Positions 17,372 through 26,860 of a stretch of 64,000 bases of DNA are shown here, in pieces. The position numbers and the translations under genes are program-made. Source of the DNA: a virus; the IMG/VR virus record IMGVR_UViG_3300050021_000500, positions 19,915 to 83,914 of that record. One strand, given 5' to 3'. Numbering within the stretch: the stretch's first letter is position 1; every line of letters begins with the position of its first letter. The notes below the pieces were generated by a model. The model was not told the DNA's origin, did not search any database, and saw only the letters and a list, made by a program, of their open reading frames with translations.

Positions 17372-18586
17372 CTATTGCACCGGGTGGATCGTCGGCACGG
17401 TTTCCAATTCATCCTCCACATTGACCGCCATCGGCGGCAACCACTTCAGCACCAGTTTGCGATCCGGCGCCAGCATCCCCACCTTGGCCTTCGGGCCAGT
17501 CCAGAACGAATGCCAGTGCGCGCGCCGGATATGGGCCCGCGGACTGGCATGAGTGCCGTCGCCTGGTTTCCTCTGCTCCTGTTCGCGGGCATGGCGGATA
17601 GCGGCGCCCAGGCGGAAGCCGACATCCCACGCCGCGGGCTTCTCGGCCGGGAACATCCGCATGCCGTCCTTGGTCTTCGTCAGCGTCGGCTTCGAGGGCC
17701 GCAAGCGTCCGGTGTCCCGCTGGCACATCTCGGCGTTGGTCGAGCAGAGGTAGAGGACCAGGCTGATGAGCGGGGCGAGATCGGCCGCGCCATATTGCAT
17801 CTCGTGGGCGATGCGGTCCGTCTCCTCGTTGATGGGCGAGTACTTTTCCCGATAGGCGCGATAATCCGCCTCCATGTCGGCAAGCGCCTCTGGGAGCGAC
17901 CCGCGCAAGGTCAGGGGGATGATTTTCAGCGCGGATCCTGCGATATCCAGGCCCAGGCGCAAATGATGCTCGCCCTTGTTGACGTAATCCAGATGCGCGA
18001 AAAATCCGTCGATAGGCTCGCCCGTCGATGAAAGCCTGCGGGCCGGCGTCTCAATGTATACGCACCACTCCGGAATCTGGTGCAACGCTTCCACCGGGAG
18101 TTGGCCGTCGATTGGCGTCTCCCACAGCGCCTCAAAAATGGTCGGGTCATAACGGTAGATGCCCTGCGTCGTCCGCCATGCGCCGAAAAGTGCAAGCCCG
18201 TGGACGTGGCCGGCGAGGGAAGGGCTGAGTGGGGTGAGCCTCGGGACGGCTCCCGTGGCGCTTTGCTGAACCTGCATGTAGGCGCCCAGCACCGACACGG
18301 GAAGAAAGCACCAGGACGGCCAATCGCTGATACGATTCCGCCGCATCGCATCCAGTGCGCGCCAGGTGTTCGGAGACACCCTAGAATAATCGGCGACCAT
18401 CCGGCAAAGTCGCTCGGCGGTTTCGTCCCGTTTGGGCGGCTTGGGCACCTCGGGTGCGACCGGCCCCGCCTGGAGCGCTTTCCGCTCCGCGCGCATCTTC
18501 GTGCAGGCCGGGCAGAGGCCTCCGATCCACTGCCCGGCTATCGGCTCCATCAGTTTGCAATCAATGCAGCCGTGGCGCTTCACCAT
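17372..18586 (-). CDS. AcrVA2/FinQ-family protein
   Basis: LFGAWRTTQGIY, PEWCVYIE, GFFAHLD, LYLC, VGFRLG and HIRRAHWHSFWTG match motifs I recall from Moraxella AcrVA2 (GAWRNTLGIY, PDWCVY, HIRRGHWHGYW). Confidence 0.8.
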   Translation of the reverse strand: MVKRHGCIDCKLMEPIAGQWIGGLCPACTKMRAERKALQAGPVAPEVPKPPKRDETAERLCRMVADYSRVSPNTWRALDAMRRNRISDWPSWCFLPVSVLGAYMQVQQSATGAVPRLTPLSPSLAGHVHGLALFGAWRTTQGIYRYDPTIFEALWETPIDGQLPVEALHQIPEWCVYIETPARRLSSTGEPIDGFFAHLDYVNKGEHHLRLGLDIAGSALKIIPLTLRGSLPEALADMEADYRAYREKYSPINEETDRIAHEMQYGAADLAPLISLVLYLCSTNAEMCQRDTGRLRPSKPTLTKTKDGMRMFPAEKPAAWDVGFRLGAAIRHAREQEQRKPGDGTHASPRAHIRRAHWHSFWTGPKAKVGMLAPDRKLVLKWLPPMAVNVEDELETVPTIHPVQ

Positions 18587-18738
18587 CCACCGCCTTCCCA
18601 ATCGCTCCAGAAGCCGGGCACCTGGGGGACGCACGCCATCTTGCGCCGTTGCGCCAGATCGCGCAGCCGGACGGCTTGCGCCTCCACGATGAGCGCAAGC
18701 CGAAATGCGAAGTACCAGAAGAAGTAGGACCGCCGCAT
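18580..18738 (-). CDS. 52-aa hypothetical protein
   Basis: Fills the gap; stop overlaps the next start. Confidence 0.5.
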   Translation of the reverse strand: MRRSYFFWYFAFRLALIVEAQAVRLRDLAQRRKMACVPQVPGFWSDWEGGGW

Positions 18739-18740
18739 AA

Positions 18741-19841
18741 TCAGACCTTGATCCGCCGGGTAAACTGGAACGGCCCTGAGGGGATCGTCACCAGCGCGTG
18801 GTACTCGGTCGGGCCGGGTTGGTCTTCGGGATCCATGACCCCATCCTCATCCCGCGTGCAATTGAGAACCTTGCGGAATTCGACGGTGGACCCATCCGGC
18901 AACATCAGACGTGGGTTAGGGAGATTTACTTCCGGGTCCGGAGGGGCCTGCATGTGCTTCCATCGCGCGTATACGGCGGGCGGGATGCAATCGACGCCAG
19001 AGTCACCGCACGGGCAATCGTTATCCTGGCAGACCACGGAATCCGGGCACTCCGCCGGCAGCCCGGCGGCATCCAGCGCGGCGTTGGCCATGCGGCTGAT
19101 GACGGTCTTGCGGCAGAGGAGATCCTCGGCGTACTGCTGCTGGAGTAGCGCGTCACCGGAGGCGGCGACGAATGCGGCGATGGCGTCGGTCTTGGCTTGC
19201 TCCAGAGCAGCGTCAGCCGCGTCCTTGCGCGCTTTCTCTTCGGCGCACTTCCGGGCATAGATCGCGCTCTTCTCTTTTTCGGCCGCCAGAAACTCCGCGA
19301 AGCGGCGCGACGCTTCGGCGACATAAGCTGTCGCCATATCATCCGTCCGGTCGCTGATGTCGGTATAGGCGACGTGGCGGCGATCATACTCGGAGGTGAC
19401 CGGCTTGTCCGACGCCAGGAATTCCCGGATCGCGGCATCGGTCTTATCCACCTTGGCCTGTTCCGCCGCGGCCAATTTCGAGATGCCGCTCTTGACCAGC
19501 GCCAGGATGTCGGCTTGTGCATCCGGGATCAGGGGGATATCCAAGCCGTAATGGCTCCCCGAGGCTCCCTTGTACCACTGCCGGCCTTCCTCGCAGCCAG
19601 CCGCCAGAAGCGCTTTGTACTGCGGGACGGTCACGTTGATGACTTGCGCGTCTTCCTTCCGCGTGGCAGCGGGGCAGAGGTTGAGGTACGGCATGCCGTC
19701 GTCGGTGACCTGCATGAGCGCGAGGTCCTCAGTGGGCACCTCTACACTAATGGATTGTTTGCGCGCTACCGGCTGGCCAGTGGCCGCCATCTGCGCTCTC
19801 TGTGCCTGCTCGGTGAGCAGATAAGTGATCGTTGCTTGCAT
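18741..19841 (-). CDS. Hypothetical protein
   Basis: 366-aa ORF with AAGGAG RBS. Confidence 0.8.
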   Translation of the reverse strand: MQATITYLLTEQAQRAQMAATGQPVARKQSISVEVPTEDLALMQVTDDGMPYLNLCPAATRKEDAQVINVTVPQYKALLAAGCEEGRQWYKGASGSHYGLDIPLIPDAQADILALVKSGISKLAAAEQAKVDKTDAAIREFLASDKPVTSEYDRRHVAYTDISDRTDDMATAYVAEASRRFAEFLAAEKEKSAIYARKCAEEKARKDAADAALEQAKTDAIAAFVAASGDALLQQQYAEDLLCRKTVISRMANAALDAAGLPAECPDSVVCQDNDCPCGDSGVDCIPPAVYARWKHMQAPPDPEVNLPNPRLMLPDGSTVEFRKVLNCTRDEDGVMDPEDQPGPTEYHALVTIPSGPFQFTRRIKV

Positions 19842-19854
19842 GGTGTTGCTCCTT

Positions 19855-19914
19855 TGGGCTGTGCCCGACGCCTCACGGCGTTTCGTCCCCGGCCCAGGGG
19901 GACTCGTCAGGGGC
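19855..19914 (-). ncRNA. Type I hammerhead ribozyme
   Basis: GCCC CUGACGA GUCCCC CUGGGCC GGGGAC GAAA CGCC GUGA GGCG UC^GGGC. Loop II UGGGC can pair with downstream GCCCA. Confidence 0.92.
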
Positions 19915-20180
19915 TATGCGGCACAGGCGAGCGCGATCCAATCCGCTCCGACCTGCACGCGCCTGGTGCTCGCGTGGTACCACGTCGGCCAGCGATAGGC
20001 CGAGGGGTGCCGTACGATGGTCTTGCCGCTCGGGGTCGTCCAGTAGTAGGACTCGCCGGCCGTGCGCGGTGCGAGCGCGATGCCGGGGATAACCTCGATG
20101 TGGATGTTGGCTTGGGGCTGGTTTGCCGAGCGCAGGATCGCGCGGCGAATGGTGGGGGTAATCGTCGAATTATTGGTCAC
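19914..20180 (-). CDS. Hypothetical protein, first gene of the anti-defence operon
   Basis: GTG start with AAGGAG RBS, downstream of a strong promoter. Confidence 0.7.
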   Translation of the reverse strand: MTNNSTITPTIRRAILRSANQPQANIHIEVIPGIALAPRTAGESYYWTTPSGKTIVRHPSAYRWPTWYHASTRRVQVGADWIALACAA

Positions 20181-20254
20181 TGTGTGACTCCTTTTTGCGG
20201 CCGATGGCCGCGGGGTGCTTCTGGCCGGGTGTCCCGGTCCCTTATTGCATTTTC

Positions 20255-20284
20255 AGAATATCAGCTTCCGGCACACTTTGTCAA
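20255..20284 (-). promoter_or_regulatory. Sigma70 promoter
   Basis: TTGACA-18-TATTCT on the minus strand. Confidence 0.7.
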
Positions 20285-20332
20285 GCACAAAATTAATAAT
20301 TATTTTTGCCTCTCCTGGCCTATACTGGGGGC

Positions 20333-20650
20333 ATGGCCAGGCCATCCACCCTCACCCCCGCGCAGCTCGCCAAAATCCACGCCATGGGCCGGCGCGGCGT
20401 CCTCCAGCGGGATATCGCGCAGGCGGTCGGGCTGACGGCCCCGCGCATCTCCCAGATCCTGGCCGGCACCGGGAAACGGGCCAAGCGCGGCGGTGCGGCG
20501 GCGGTCGAGCGTGATCGGGCCATCCGGCTCGCGGCGGCGATAGTTCCAGTCCGCGACCTGGCGGACCAGCACCACCTCACCCGAGCCCGGATCTACCAGA
20601 TCCTCGCCCCTCACGCCGCCGCAGCCAGGCGCCCCGCCATCCGGTCGTAG
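20333..20650 (+). CDS. Tandem HTH regulator (Aca-like position)
   Basis: QRDIAQAVGLTAPRISQIL and RDLADQHHLTRARIYQIL; TATACT 6 nt before the ATG. Confidence 0.8.
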   Translation: MARPSTLTPAQLAKIHAMGRRGVLQRDIAQAVGLTAPRISQILAGTGKRAKRGGAAAVERDRAIRLAAAIVPVRDLADQHHLTRARIYQILAPHAAAARRPAIRS

Positions 20651-21124
20651 ACGGCGCAGAGTACGGCCTTCCTCACTGCCGGCGGCTCCGGCGCCAGCGC
20701 CGACTCGATGGCCGCCAGGACCTGTTCGCTGACTTCCCGGCCGCGGTTGTAAGGCCCGAATAGCCGGCTCACGCAAAATCAAGGCCCACTCGGAACCCAC
20801 AGCCAGCGCCCGCGCGATCTCCCGCCAGTCTCTGGCCACCCGGTCGTAGCGCCACAGAATCCAGAGATTCTCCCGCTCCCGGTTGCGTTGGCGCCAAGTG
20901 CCTTGCGGGCCGGCAAACTCCAGCGCGGCGGGATGCTCTCGGAGTTCGGCGGCTAGAATCTGGCCGCCCGGCTGAAATAGGGCGCCGTGGAAGCCCGCCG
21001 CGCTCCAGGCGTCTGGTTCGACCTGGGTGAGCATTCGGACGTGGGTGAATTGCCGCCGGTTCTCAGGGCACGTATTCGGTAATCGGATCATTTTGTCGAT
21101 TTCGGTGATATTGTTGTTTTGCAT
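20611..21124 (-). pseudogene. Frameshifted hypothetical gene
   Basis: Protein-like sequence switches frame near 20745 (..RALQP / RGREVSEQVLAAIESAL..GRLAAAA*). Confidence 0.55.
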
Positions 21125-21229
21125 GATCGCCACCTCATTGGCGTCCTGCTGGGGTCCGTGCTGTTGATAGCAGCGCGGGCCCCGCTTCGTTTTCGATATT
21201 CCACCCAAACAGGCATTCGGTCAAGCGGG

Positions 21230-21500
21230 TAGTGTACCGGGTGGGGTGTACCAGGTACGTACTCCCGGTGCTGGGTTGGTTTTAAAAGAAACGAACAAAA
21301 AGAGGGAAGGGATCTTCTCTCATCATCTTCGGGGTTGGATTGGAAATGATAATGATGAGAGAAGAGCGCCCCCTCTTTCTTCTTATTACTTCTTCTTCTG
21401 TCCGACGCGCGCGTTCCTTATATATAGGGCCGGAGAAAGCGTTCTGTACAATTTGAAATCGGACTTCGTACGAAGTGGAAAAGGGTCTGTACGAAGTCCC
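21230..21500. other. AT-rich non-coding region with long inverted repeats, candidate replication origin
   Basis: 14-bp perfect IR 21313-21326/21352-21365; GGACTTCGTAC IR at 21461/21489; CCTTATATATAGG. Confidence 0.5.
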
Positions 21501-21512
21501 TTATTTTTTCTC

Positions 21513-21550
21513 TTGACGATTAGCATCAATCGGACGTACTATACCGATTG
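21513..21550 (+). promoter_or_regulatory. Sigma70 promoter with operator palindrome for the rightward operon
   Basis: TTGACG-18-TACTAT; CAATCGG/CCGATTG flank the -10. Confidence 0.75.
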
Positions 21551-21551
21551 G

Positions 21552-21737
21552 ATGTCTACCCCCACCAAACACCCAAAACGCCGCTGGAGGAAAGTTCCCC
21601 TGGCGGAGCGCCGGCGCCTGATGGCGGAGCTGAATCAGATCCGTACCGATCGCGCCACAGCGCGCAAATTGGCCGAAGCCCTAGAGCGCGTGCGAGCGGC
21701 GGGGTATGAAGTGAAACAGGAAGGGGCGGCGAGTTGA
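21552..21737 (+). CDS. Small basic protein (Cro-like position)
   Basis: ATG 9 nt after the -10 box. Confidence 0.65.
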   Translation: MSTPTKHPKRRWRKVPLAERRRLMAELNQIRTDRATARKLAEALERVRAAGYEVKQEGAAS

Positions 21738-21777
21738 GAACTTCGAAATCTGCTTCCGATAACAAACGGACTTTCGG

Positions 21778-22068
21778 ATGTCGGATGCGGATGACGAATA
21801 TTATGTCAACTTTTGGCGCAATATCCGTTACCAGAAGCATTGGCCGCGCGAGACCGCCTCCCAATGCTTTCTCGTCGCTGCTTCTATCTTGGCGGAACGG
21901 AGCAGCAATAAGCCAACGCGCTGGAGAGACGACGCGACCTACCTTGATTGTGCCGTAGAACCCCTCCAAGCGCAAACCTTTTCTAATGGTCCTGAAAGGA
22001 GTTTGCATTCCCATGAGTTCCAAGAGATCCATTGCGCCTGTACGCCCCCGCTACAGCGTCCGCACTGA
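21778..22068 (+). CDS. Hypothetical protein
   Basis: ORF in operon orientation. Confidence 0.45.
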   Translation: MSDADDEYYVNFWRNIRYQKHWPRETASQCFLVAASILAERSSNKPTRWRDDATYLDCAVEPLQAQTFSNGPERSLHSHEFQEIHCACTPPLQRPH

Positions 22069-22261
22069 CGGCCCCGCGGGTATCGAAGAAATCGGCATCG
22101 GCACCGACCTGAACGCGGAGATCGCGTTCGCCCGAAGGCATCACGGCGCCACCCGGCAGAAAACCTGGATCTGGGACATCCGCACGGGTATGACGGTGCA
22201 TCGGATCGAGCGCGGTGAGGCCACACAGCAGTTTTTCCCAGCGCGAGGAGCCACCATATGA
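22013..22261 (+). CDS. Hypothetical protein
   Basis: AAGGAG RBS. Confidence 0.6.
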   Translation: MSSKRSIAPVRPRYSVRTDGPAGIEEIGIGTDLNAEIAFARRHHGATRQKTWIWDIRTGMTVHRIERGEATQQFFPARGATI

Positions 22262-22349
22262 CGACGTTGGCGGTGGAAAACTTAAATATTGGAAACAAAG
22301 CACTTATTTTTAAAAGCGTATCTGTACAGACGCTTTTGGGGCCAAGTAA

Positions 22350-23654
22350 ATGAGCGAATTCACGACCCACAAAGAGCTGATGTTGGCTATGGGGTCCACC
22401 AGCGGGACCTACGATCCCACGGCTCCGGAGTGGTATATGCGGCTCATGACCAGCCGCGATCCGGTGGAGCAGGTGATGGGATGGCTCCAATACCGAACGA
22501 TTAGGTACCCGATCCACACCCCGTATGCTTCGGACGAATTGGGACGGGTGCTGACGCTGAAAGATGTCGCAGCATTCTTTAAGTGGACGACGCGGCATAC
22601 CCAGAGGGTCTGGGCGCGCATCGAGGCGAAACACTACGCCCGAAAGACCGAAGGCAAACTCTGGCTACGGGCCGATTTCAAGGTCAAGTACCCGATCCTC
22701 ACTGAAGACGCGCCCACCGCGAATGTCGTCTCAATCAACCCTACCGAATCCTACCTGGACTCCCTGGCGCCGTACCTGCGCGAGCAGGTGGCCCAACTCC
22801 CGGCCGGCCGCATCGCGGAGCTGGCAGCCCGTTGGACGGCATGGGACCATGCCCGCAAGGATGTGGAGGCGGACGCTATGCAGGCCGCCCGCGAGAAGAT
22901 GAAGCCCTACGAGACAGCGCTCTACGGCGAGTACAAGGTCACCGTAAAGAGCCTTCCGGAACGTCAAGAGAGGCGCGCCAAAACGGCCCACGTCAAGGTG
23001 CAGATCGACCTTTTCGACTTCTCGCCACTCCCTCAGAATTCAGCAGTCCAAGATTCGGCGGCCCTAAATCCACTCGGCGCAGAGCAGGTCTATACCTCCT
23101 CGGCTCCCGCTCCCCGCCGTAGGACCGTCGATACCCCTCCAGTGGCCCCAAATCCAAATACTCAGGAGCGAGTTACCAAGGCACCCAAAGCACCCAAAAC
23201 CTCCAATAAACGAACTCCTGAGCATGGGGCCACTGAGAAATCTTCCACCATGGGGCGGAGCACCGGCGGAAGCTCGCCTCAGGCGGGAATCTCGAAGGTC
23301 CGGGAGGAAGCGGCGGCCGACTTCCACGACGTGCTGGCTATTCGATTCCACGATGTGGGCGCTGGCATACCGAGCAGAAAGCATACCGATCCCCTTTTTG
23401 ACGCCCTGGGATCGGCCACCGGAGATTTTCTGGACTGGCTTTCGCCGCTTGAATTACAGAGCCGCAAGCCGCGGCACGGCGGAGTGCTCCCGTCGCTGCT
23501 CGAAGAGTTCCAGAAACTGGCGACCATGGGGCCCCGCAGGCCGCTAGCCATGGCCGCTCAGGCAGAGACGCAGCCGAGGGCACGCAAGCTCGGTTTCGCG
23601 GAGGGAGTCATGGCCGAGGCGGAGAGACGCCTCAAAAAATACGGGAGGATCTGA
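22350..23654 (+). CDS. Putative replication initiator
   Basis: wHTH-like LTLKDVAAFFKWTTRHTQRVWARI, a low-complexity linker and a C-terminal domain. Function inferred from position. Confidence 0.55.
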   Translation: MSEFTTHKELMLAMGSTSGTYDPTAPEWYMRLMTSRDPVEQVMGWLQYRTIRYPIHTPYASDELGRVLTLKDVAAFFKWTTRHTQRVWARIEAKHYARKTEGKLWLRADFKVKYPILTEDAPTANVVSINPTESYLDSLAPYLREQVAQLPAGRIAELAARWTAWDHARKDVEADAMQAAREKMKPYETALYGEYKVTVKSLPERQERRAKTAHVKVQIDLFDFSPLPQNSAVQDSAALNPLGAEQVYTSSAPAPRRRTVDTPPVAPNPNTQERVTKAPKAPKTSNKRTPEHGATEKSSTMGRSTGGSSPQAGISKVREEAAADFHDVLAIRFHDVGAGIPSRKHTDPLFDALGSATGDFLDWLSPLELQSRKPRHGGVLPSLLEEFQKLATMGPRRPLAMAAQAETQPRARKLGFAEGVMAEAERRLKKYGRI

Positions 23655-24202
23655 TGCTCGATACGCCGCGGGTCTTGGAACTGCTCGGAGGTCTCACGTT
23701 GCTAAACTTCTTCCCCTCCGACGTAGGTTCCCGGTTGGAACTCGCAAAGTTGGTCGGGCGCATGGCGGCCTCGGAAGATCAGGTCGAATGGTTGGTCCAT
23801 CGGACCTTGGGCCTGTGCAATGAGTGGCCGGGTCCGTTGGTACTCCGGCAGATTTTCTGCGCCAGGTTTCGGCCACAGGACGGGATCGAAGCCGGAAGTA
23901 CGGCGGCATTCCCGGATGGTCCGCCACCGGAGAGAAGGATTGAGGCTCCATCCTATGCCCAGTTGCCGCCCGGGCGTAAAGTGAGTGCCGATCCTGAATT
24001 GGATCGCTTGGTCTGCGAACTGGCGAGGGGAAAAGATCTCAACGCGGTCGTGCGGATAGAGCGAAAGCCGTTCACTGATGCGGATATGGAGGAATTGCGG
24101 CGGCGCCGGCGGGAATGGCTGCAAGAGGAGCGCCGCCGCGACCCGATCGTGAACCCGTTGACCGAGGCGGATATCCTAACTGCCGGGGGGAGACCTCGAT
24201 GA
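23654..24202 (+). CDS. Hypothetical protein, possible helicase loader/inhibitor
   Basis: TGATG coupling to the initiator candidate. Confidence 0.55.
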   Translation: MLDTPRVLELLGGLTLLNFFPSDVGSRLELAKLVGRMAASEDQVEWLVHRTLGLCNEWPGPLVLRQIFCARFRPQDGIEAGSTAAFPDGPPPERRIEAPSYAQLPPGRKVSADPELDRLVCELARGKDLNAVVRIERKPFTDADMEELRRRRREWLQEERRRDPIVNPLTEADILTAGGRPR

Positions 24203-24405
24203 TTGAGCCCCTTCGCCCCACCGAAAGGTACATTGAGCGCCGGGTTGAGTTCCACGAATCGGGCGCCGAGTTTTACCGCCAACATCAGCAGAGCGTGCTT
24301 GAGGCCTGGTCGCGGCAGATGGCCGCAGACTGGCGCCGGAAGTTGCCCCAAGAACCGCGGCCAGCACATGACGGTAAGATGCTTGCCGCCGGGGAGGCTG
24401 CCTGA
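24199..24405 (+). CDS. Hypothetical protein
   Basis: ATGA overlap; ends HDGKMLAAGEAA. Confidence 0.6.
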   Translation: MIEPLRPTERYIERRVEFHESGAEFYRQHQQSVLEAWSRQMAADWRRKLPQEPRPAHDGKMLAAGEAA

Positions 24406-24460
24406 TGCCCCGCCCAGCCAAATGCATCACGATTCTTCGGGCGGGGAAACCGGGGAAACG

Positions 24461-25135
24461 ATGAGCGTCCAAGTGTTCTTTGCATTTTCCAGTGGCCTGT
24501 CACGGCCATTGCGCTGCCCGAAGGGCACGTTCGTAAGCATCCTGGCTGCGGTGGCCGAGACGGAACGACGGCTCGGGATCGAGCCCGGAAAGGAGGGCTG
24601 GCACTGGAGTCCGCGCGATAAGGCTCTGGCGGCAATAGAGGATGACAAGTACCTCTGCCAGACCATCGAGCAACATAACGCGTGGGTACGCCGGCTCTAC
24701 GAACAGTTCGGCGAATGGGGACGCAAGCCGATAAAGGGCGGTGACTGTATCACGCCCGAGCAAGCACAGTCGTTCTGGCACGCCCTGGTGGAACTGTTTG
24801 TCCCAACTGATCGATGGACGGGCGACTACTATCGCACCCGCATGGACAGCCTCTACAACGTCATGCGGGGGCGAGAGTCGGAAGGTATGTCGTTCGACGA
24901 GAAGCCGTTGGCCCCAAAGCAAGCGGGCAACGTGATCCGATTGTTTGAGCAATACCTCGATCCCGATGATTTGCGGCTAGACGTGCCCGTGGGCCACGAC
25001 GCTCTGTACAGTTCGAGTGACGGAGGCTATGACTGGTGCTCCACCCACGGTCCGATCCACAGCGACGACCTGCCAGCGCACAGCCGGAAACGCTGCGAAC
25101 TCGGCAAGGAGCTGAGAGAGGAGTACCGTTCATGA
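24461..25135 (+). CDS. Hypothetical protein
   Basis: Protein-like ORF; ATGA overlap downstream. Confidence 0.7.
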   Translation: MSVQVFFAFSSGLSRPLRCPKGTFVSILAAVAETERRLGIEPGKEGWHWSPRDKALAAIEDDKYLCQTIEQHNAWVRRLYEQFGEWGRKPIKGGDCITPEQAQSFWHALVELFVPTDRWTGDYYRTRMDSLYNVMRGRESEGMSFDEKPLAPKQAGNVIRLFEQYLDPDDLRLDVPVGHDALYSSSDGGYDWCSTHGPIHSDDLPAHSRKRCELGKELREEYRS

Positions 25136-25413
25136 AATATCGGAGTAAAACGAAACGCCCGTCACCGAAAGAGCAGGAGCAAGCCTGCGAGATCTGGAAC
25201 CTAAAGTATCCAATCGGCACGCCAGTGACCGTGGAAATGGATTCTGGCGAGATCCGCGCCACTACGACGCGCTCTGTCGCCTGGATGTTGGGGGCCGAGC
25301 CATCACGCAAGGACCCCGGCCACTCGGCGGTGGTTCTGATGGATGGAATCTCGGGATGCTATCTGGTGTCACGCGTGAGAGCCAAGGTCAACGCCGCCGG
25401 GGAGGTTGCCTGA
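25132..25413 (+). CDS. Conserved small phage protein
   Basis: WN.KYPIGTPV..TTTRS.AWML..HSAVV..DGISGCY. Confidence 0.75.
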   Translation: MKYRSKTKRPSPKEQEQACEIWNLKYPIGTPVTVEMDSGEIRATTTRSVAWMLGAEPSRKDPGHSAVVLMDGISGCYLVSRVRAKVNAAGEVA

Positions 25414-25625
25414 TGCCCCGCCGATCTACCTCCGGGGAAGAAGAGCCGCGCTGGATGCGGCCGAGCATGGATTTCCACTTTCGCGGACGATGCTTGCGTG
25501 TGTTCTGGCGCGGGGTGAAAGGGGTTCGGCACCCACTGCCGTATGCGTGGCACAAATGGGGCTTCTACGCTTTTGGGGTGGCGCTGATCGGGTTCATGTA
25601 CTGGCCAACGACGGAGGCAAACTGA
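25413..25625 (+). CDS. Small membrane protein
   Basis: TGATG coupling; begins MPRRSTS. Confidence 0.55.
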   Translation: MPRRSTSGEEEPRWMRPSMDFHFRGRCLRVFWRGVKGVRHPLPYAWHKWGFYAFGVALIGFMYWPTTEAN

Positions 25626-25924
25626 TGCCACGCCGATCTACCTCCGATGCTCCGGTCATCCGTCAACATGGCCAGAGCAACGCCGAGAAGTACGTCATCG
25701 CCTTACGCAATGCGCAGGCGCTGTGGAGCAACCTGTCCGCCGAGGAGCGGAAGGAAGCCGAAGAGGGATTGCGGTGGGCTGAAGTCTTCGGCCAGATTTA
25801 CACTGGCCCGAAGTTGCGCGGCCGGCCGCCGGGCAGTAAGAATCGGCTGGCCGAGGTTCCGATTCCCGAAGAGTTGGCCACGAATAACGCGGCGGCGCCG
25901 ATGTTTGAGGAGCGCGAACCGTGA
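25625..25924 (+). CDS. AT-hook protein
   Basis: RGRPPGSKN; begins MPRRSTS. Confidence 0.65.
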   Translation: MPRRSTSDAPVIRQHGQSNAEKYVIALRNAQALWSNLSAEERKEAEEGLRWAEVFGQIYTGPKLRGRPPGSKNRLAEVPIPEELATNNAAAPMFEEREP

Positions 25925-26613
25925 ACGGCAACGCGTGGACCGCGGACGAATTGAGAATTGTGCGGGAGCTATATCCGACTCGCACTACGCGCGCGCTCGG
26001 GGAAAGACTGCGGCGGTCCGTGCGCAGCGTCTACAACGCCGCATACAACCTCGGTCTGCGCAAGTCAAAGGAATTCCTGCAGAGCGAGGAATCAGGCTTG
26101 CTGCGCAAAGGACAGACGCGGCCCGAGAGCGTTGCCACCCAATTCAAGAAGGGGCAAGCCCCTGCGAACAAAGGCGTGCGACGCCCGGGATGGTCCACCG
26201 GGCGGATGAAAGAGACGCAGTTCAAAAAAGGCTGCAGAACTGGGATAGCTCAGAAAAACTGGAAGCCAATCGGCACGGTCCTTCTCGACGGCGATGGGTA
26301 TCCCCGGATCAAAGTGCGCGAGGCGGTACACGGAGTTGAGCCCACCGGATTCGGCAATCAGAAATGCTGGCCCTTTCTCAGCCGGCGCACCTGGGAAGAA
26401 AGCAACGGACCGATACCGCCCGGGCACGTAATCGTCTTCCGTGATGGCCAGCGCGACAACTGCGCAATAGGGAATCTGGAGTGCATCTCACGGGCCGACC
26501 TGGCACGCCGGAACTCGATGTGGGGCCGCTTGCCACAGGAGCTAGCGGAAGTTATCCAGTTGAATGGGGCATTGAAGCGAAAGCTGAGGAGACTGACCGA
26601 TGGCAAGGAATAG
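25921..26613 (+). CDS. HNH endonuclease-family phage protein
   Basis: FKKG repeats, WKPIG, WEESNGPIPPGHVIVFRDG..NC.IGNL. Confidence 0.85.
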   Translation: MNGNAWTADELRIVRELYPTRTTRALGERLRRSVRSVYNAAYNLGLRKSKEFLQSEESGLLRKGQTRPESVATQFKKGQAPANKGVRRPGWSTGRMKETQFKKGCRTGIAQKNWKPIGTVLLDGDGYPRIKVREAVHGVEPTGFGNQKCWPFLSRRTWEESNGPIPPGHVIVFRDGQRDNCAIGNLECISRADLARRNSMWGRLPQELAEVIQLNGALKRKLRRLTDGKE

Positions 26614-26860
26614 GATGTCGGACCTACGTAATCATCTGTTCGAAACGCTGGAAGCGCTCAAGGACGCCGATGCGCCAATGGACCTGGCGCGAGCAAAGGC
26701 GATCAGCGACGTCGCACAGACCATCATCAACTCGGCCAAGGTCGAAGTGGATCTGGTCAAACAAATTGGTGCGCCGCAGGGTATTGAATTCTTCGGCCAC
26801 CCGATGGAAGTTTCGGCGCCTCACGGCCCACGGATGATCGCAAGGGGCGGTGCCTCATGA
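26600..26860 (+). CDS. Conserved phage protein usually paired with the preceding HNH gene
   Basis: DLRNHLFETLE..RAKAISDVAQTIINSAKVEVD. Confidence 0.8.
   Translation: MARNRMSDLRNHLFETLEALKDADAPMDLARAKAISDVAQTIINSAKVEVDLVKQIGAPQGIEFFGHPMEVSAPHGPRMIARGGAS

Noticed and set aside
20300-21208. 302-aa ORF as listed in the track
   Set aside because: Its 3' third overlaps the HTH gene on the opposite strand; better explained as a frameshifted gene at 20611-21124.
21246-21551. N-terminal extension of ORF 21246-21737
   Set aside because: It crosses the inverted-repeat region and a promoter; the start at 21552 is more plausible.
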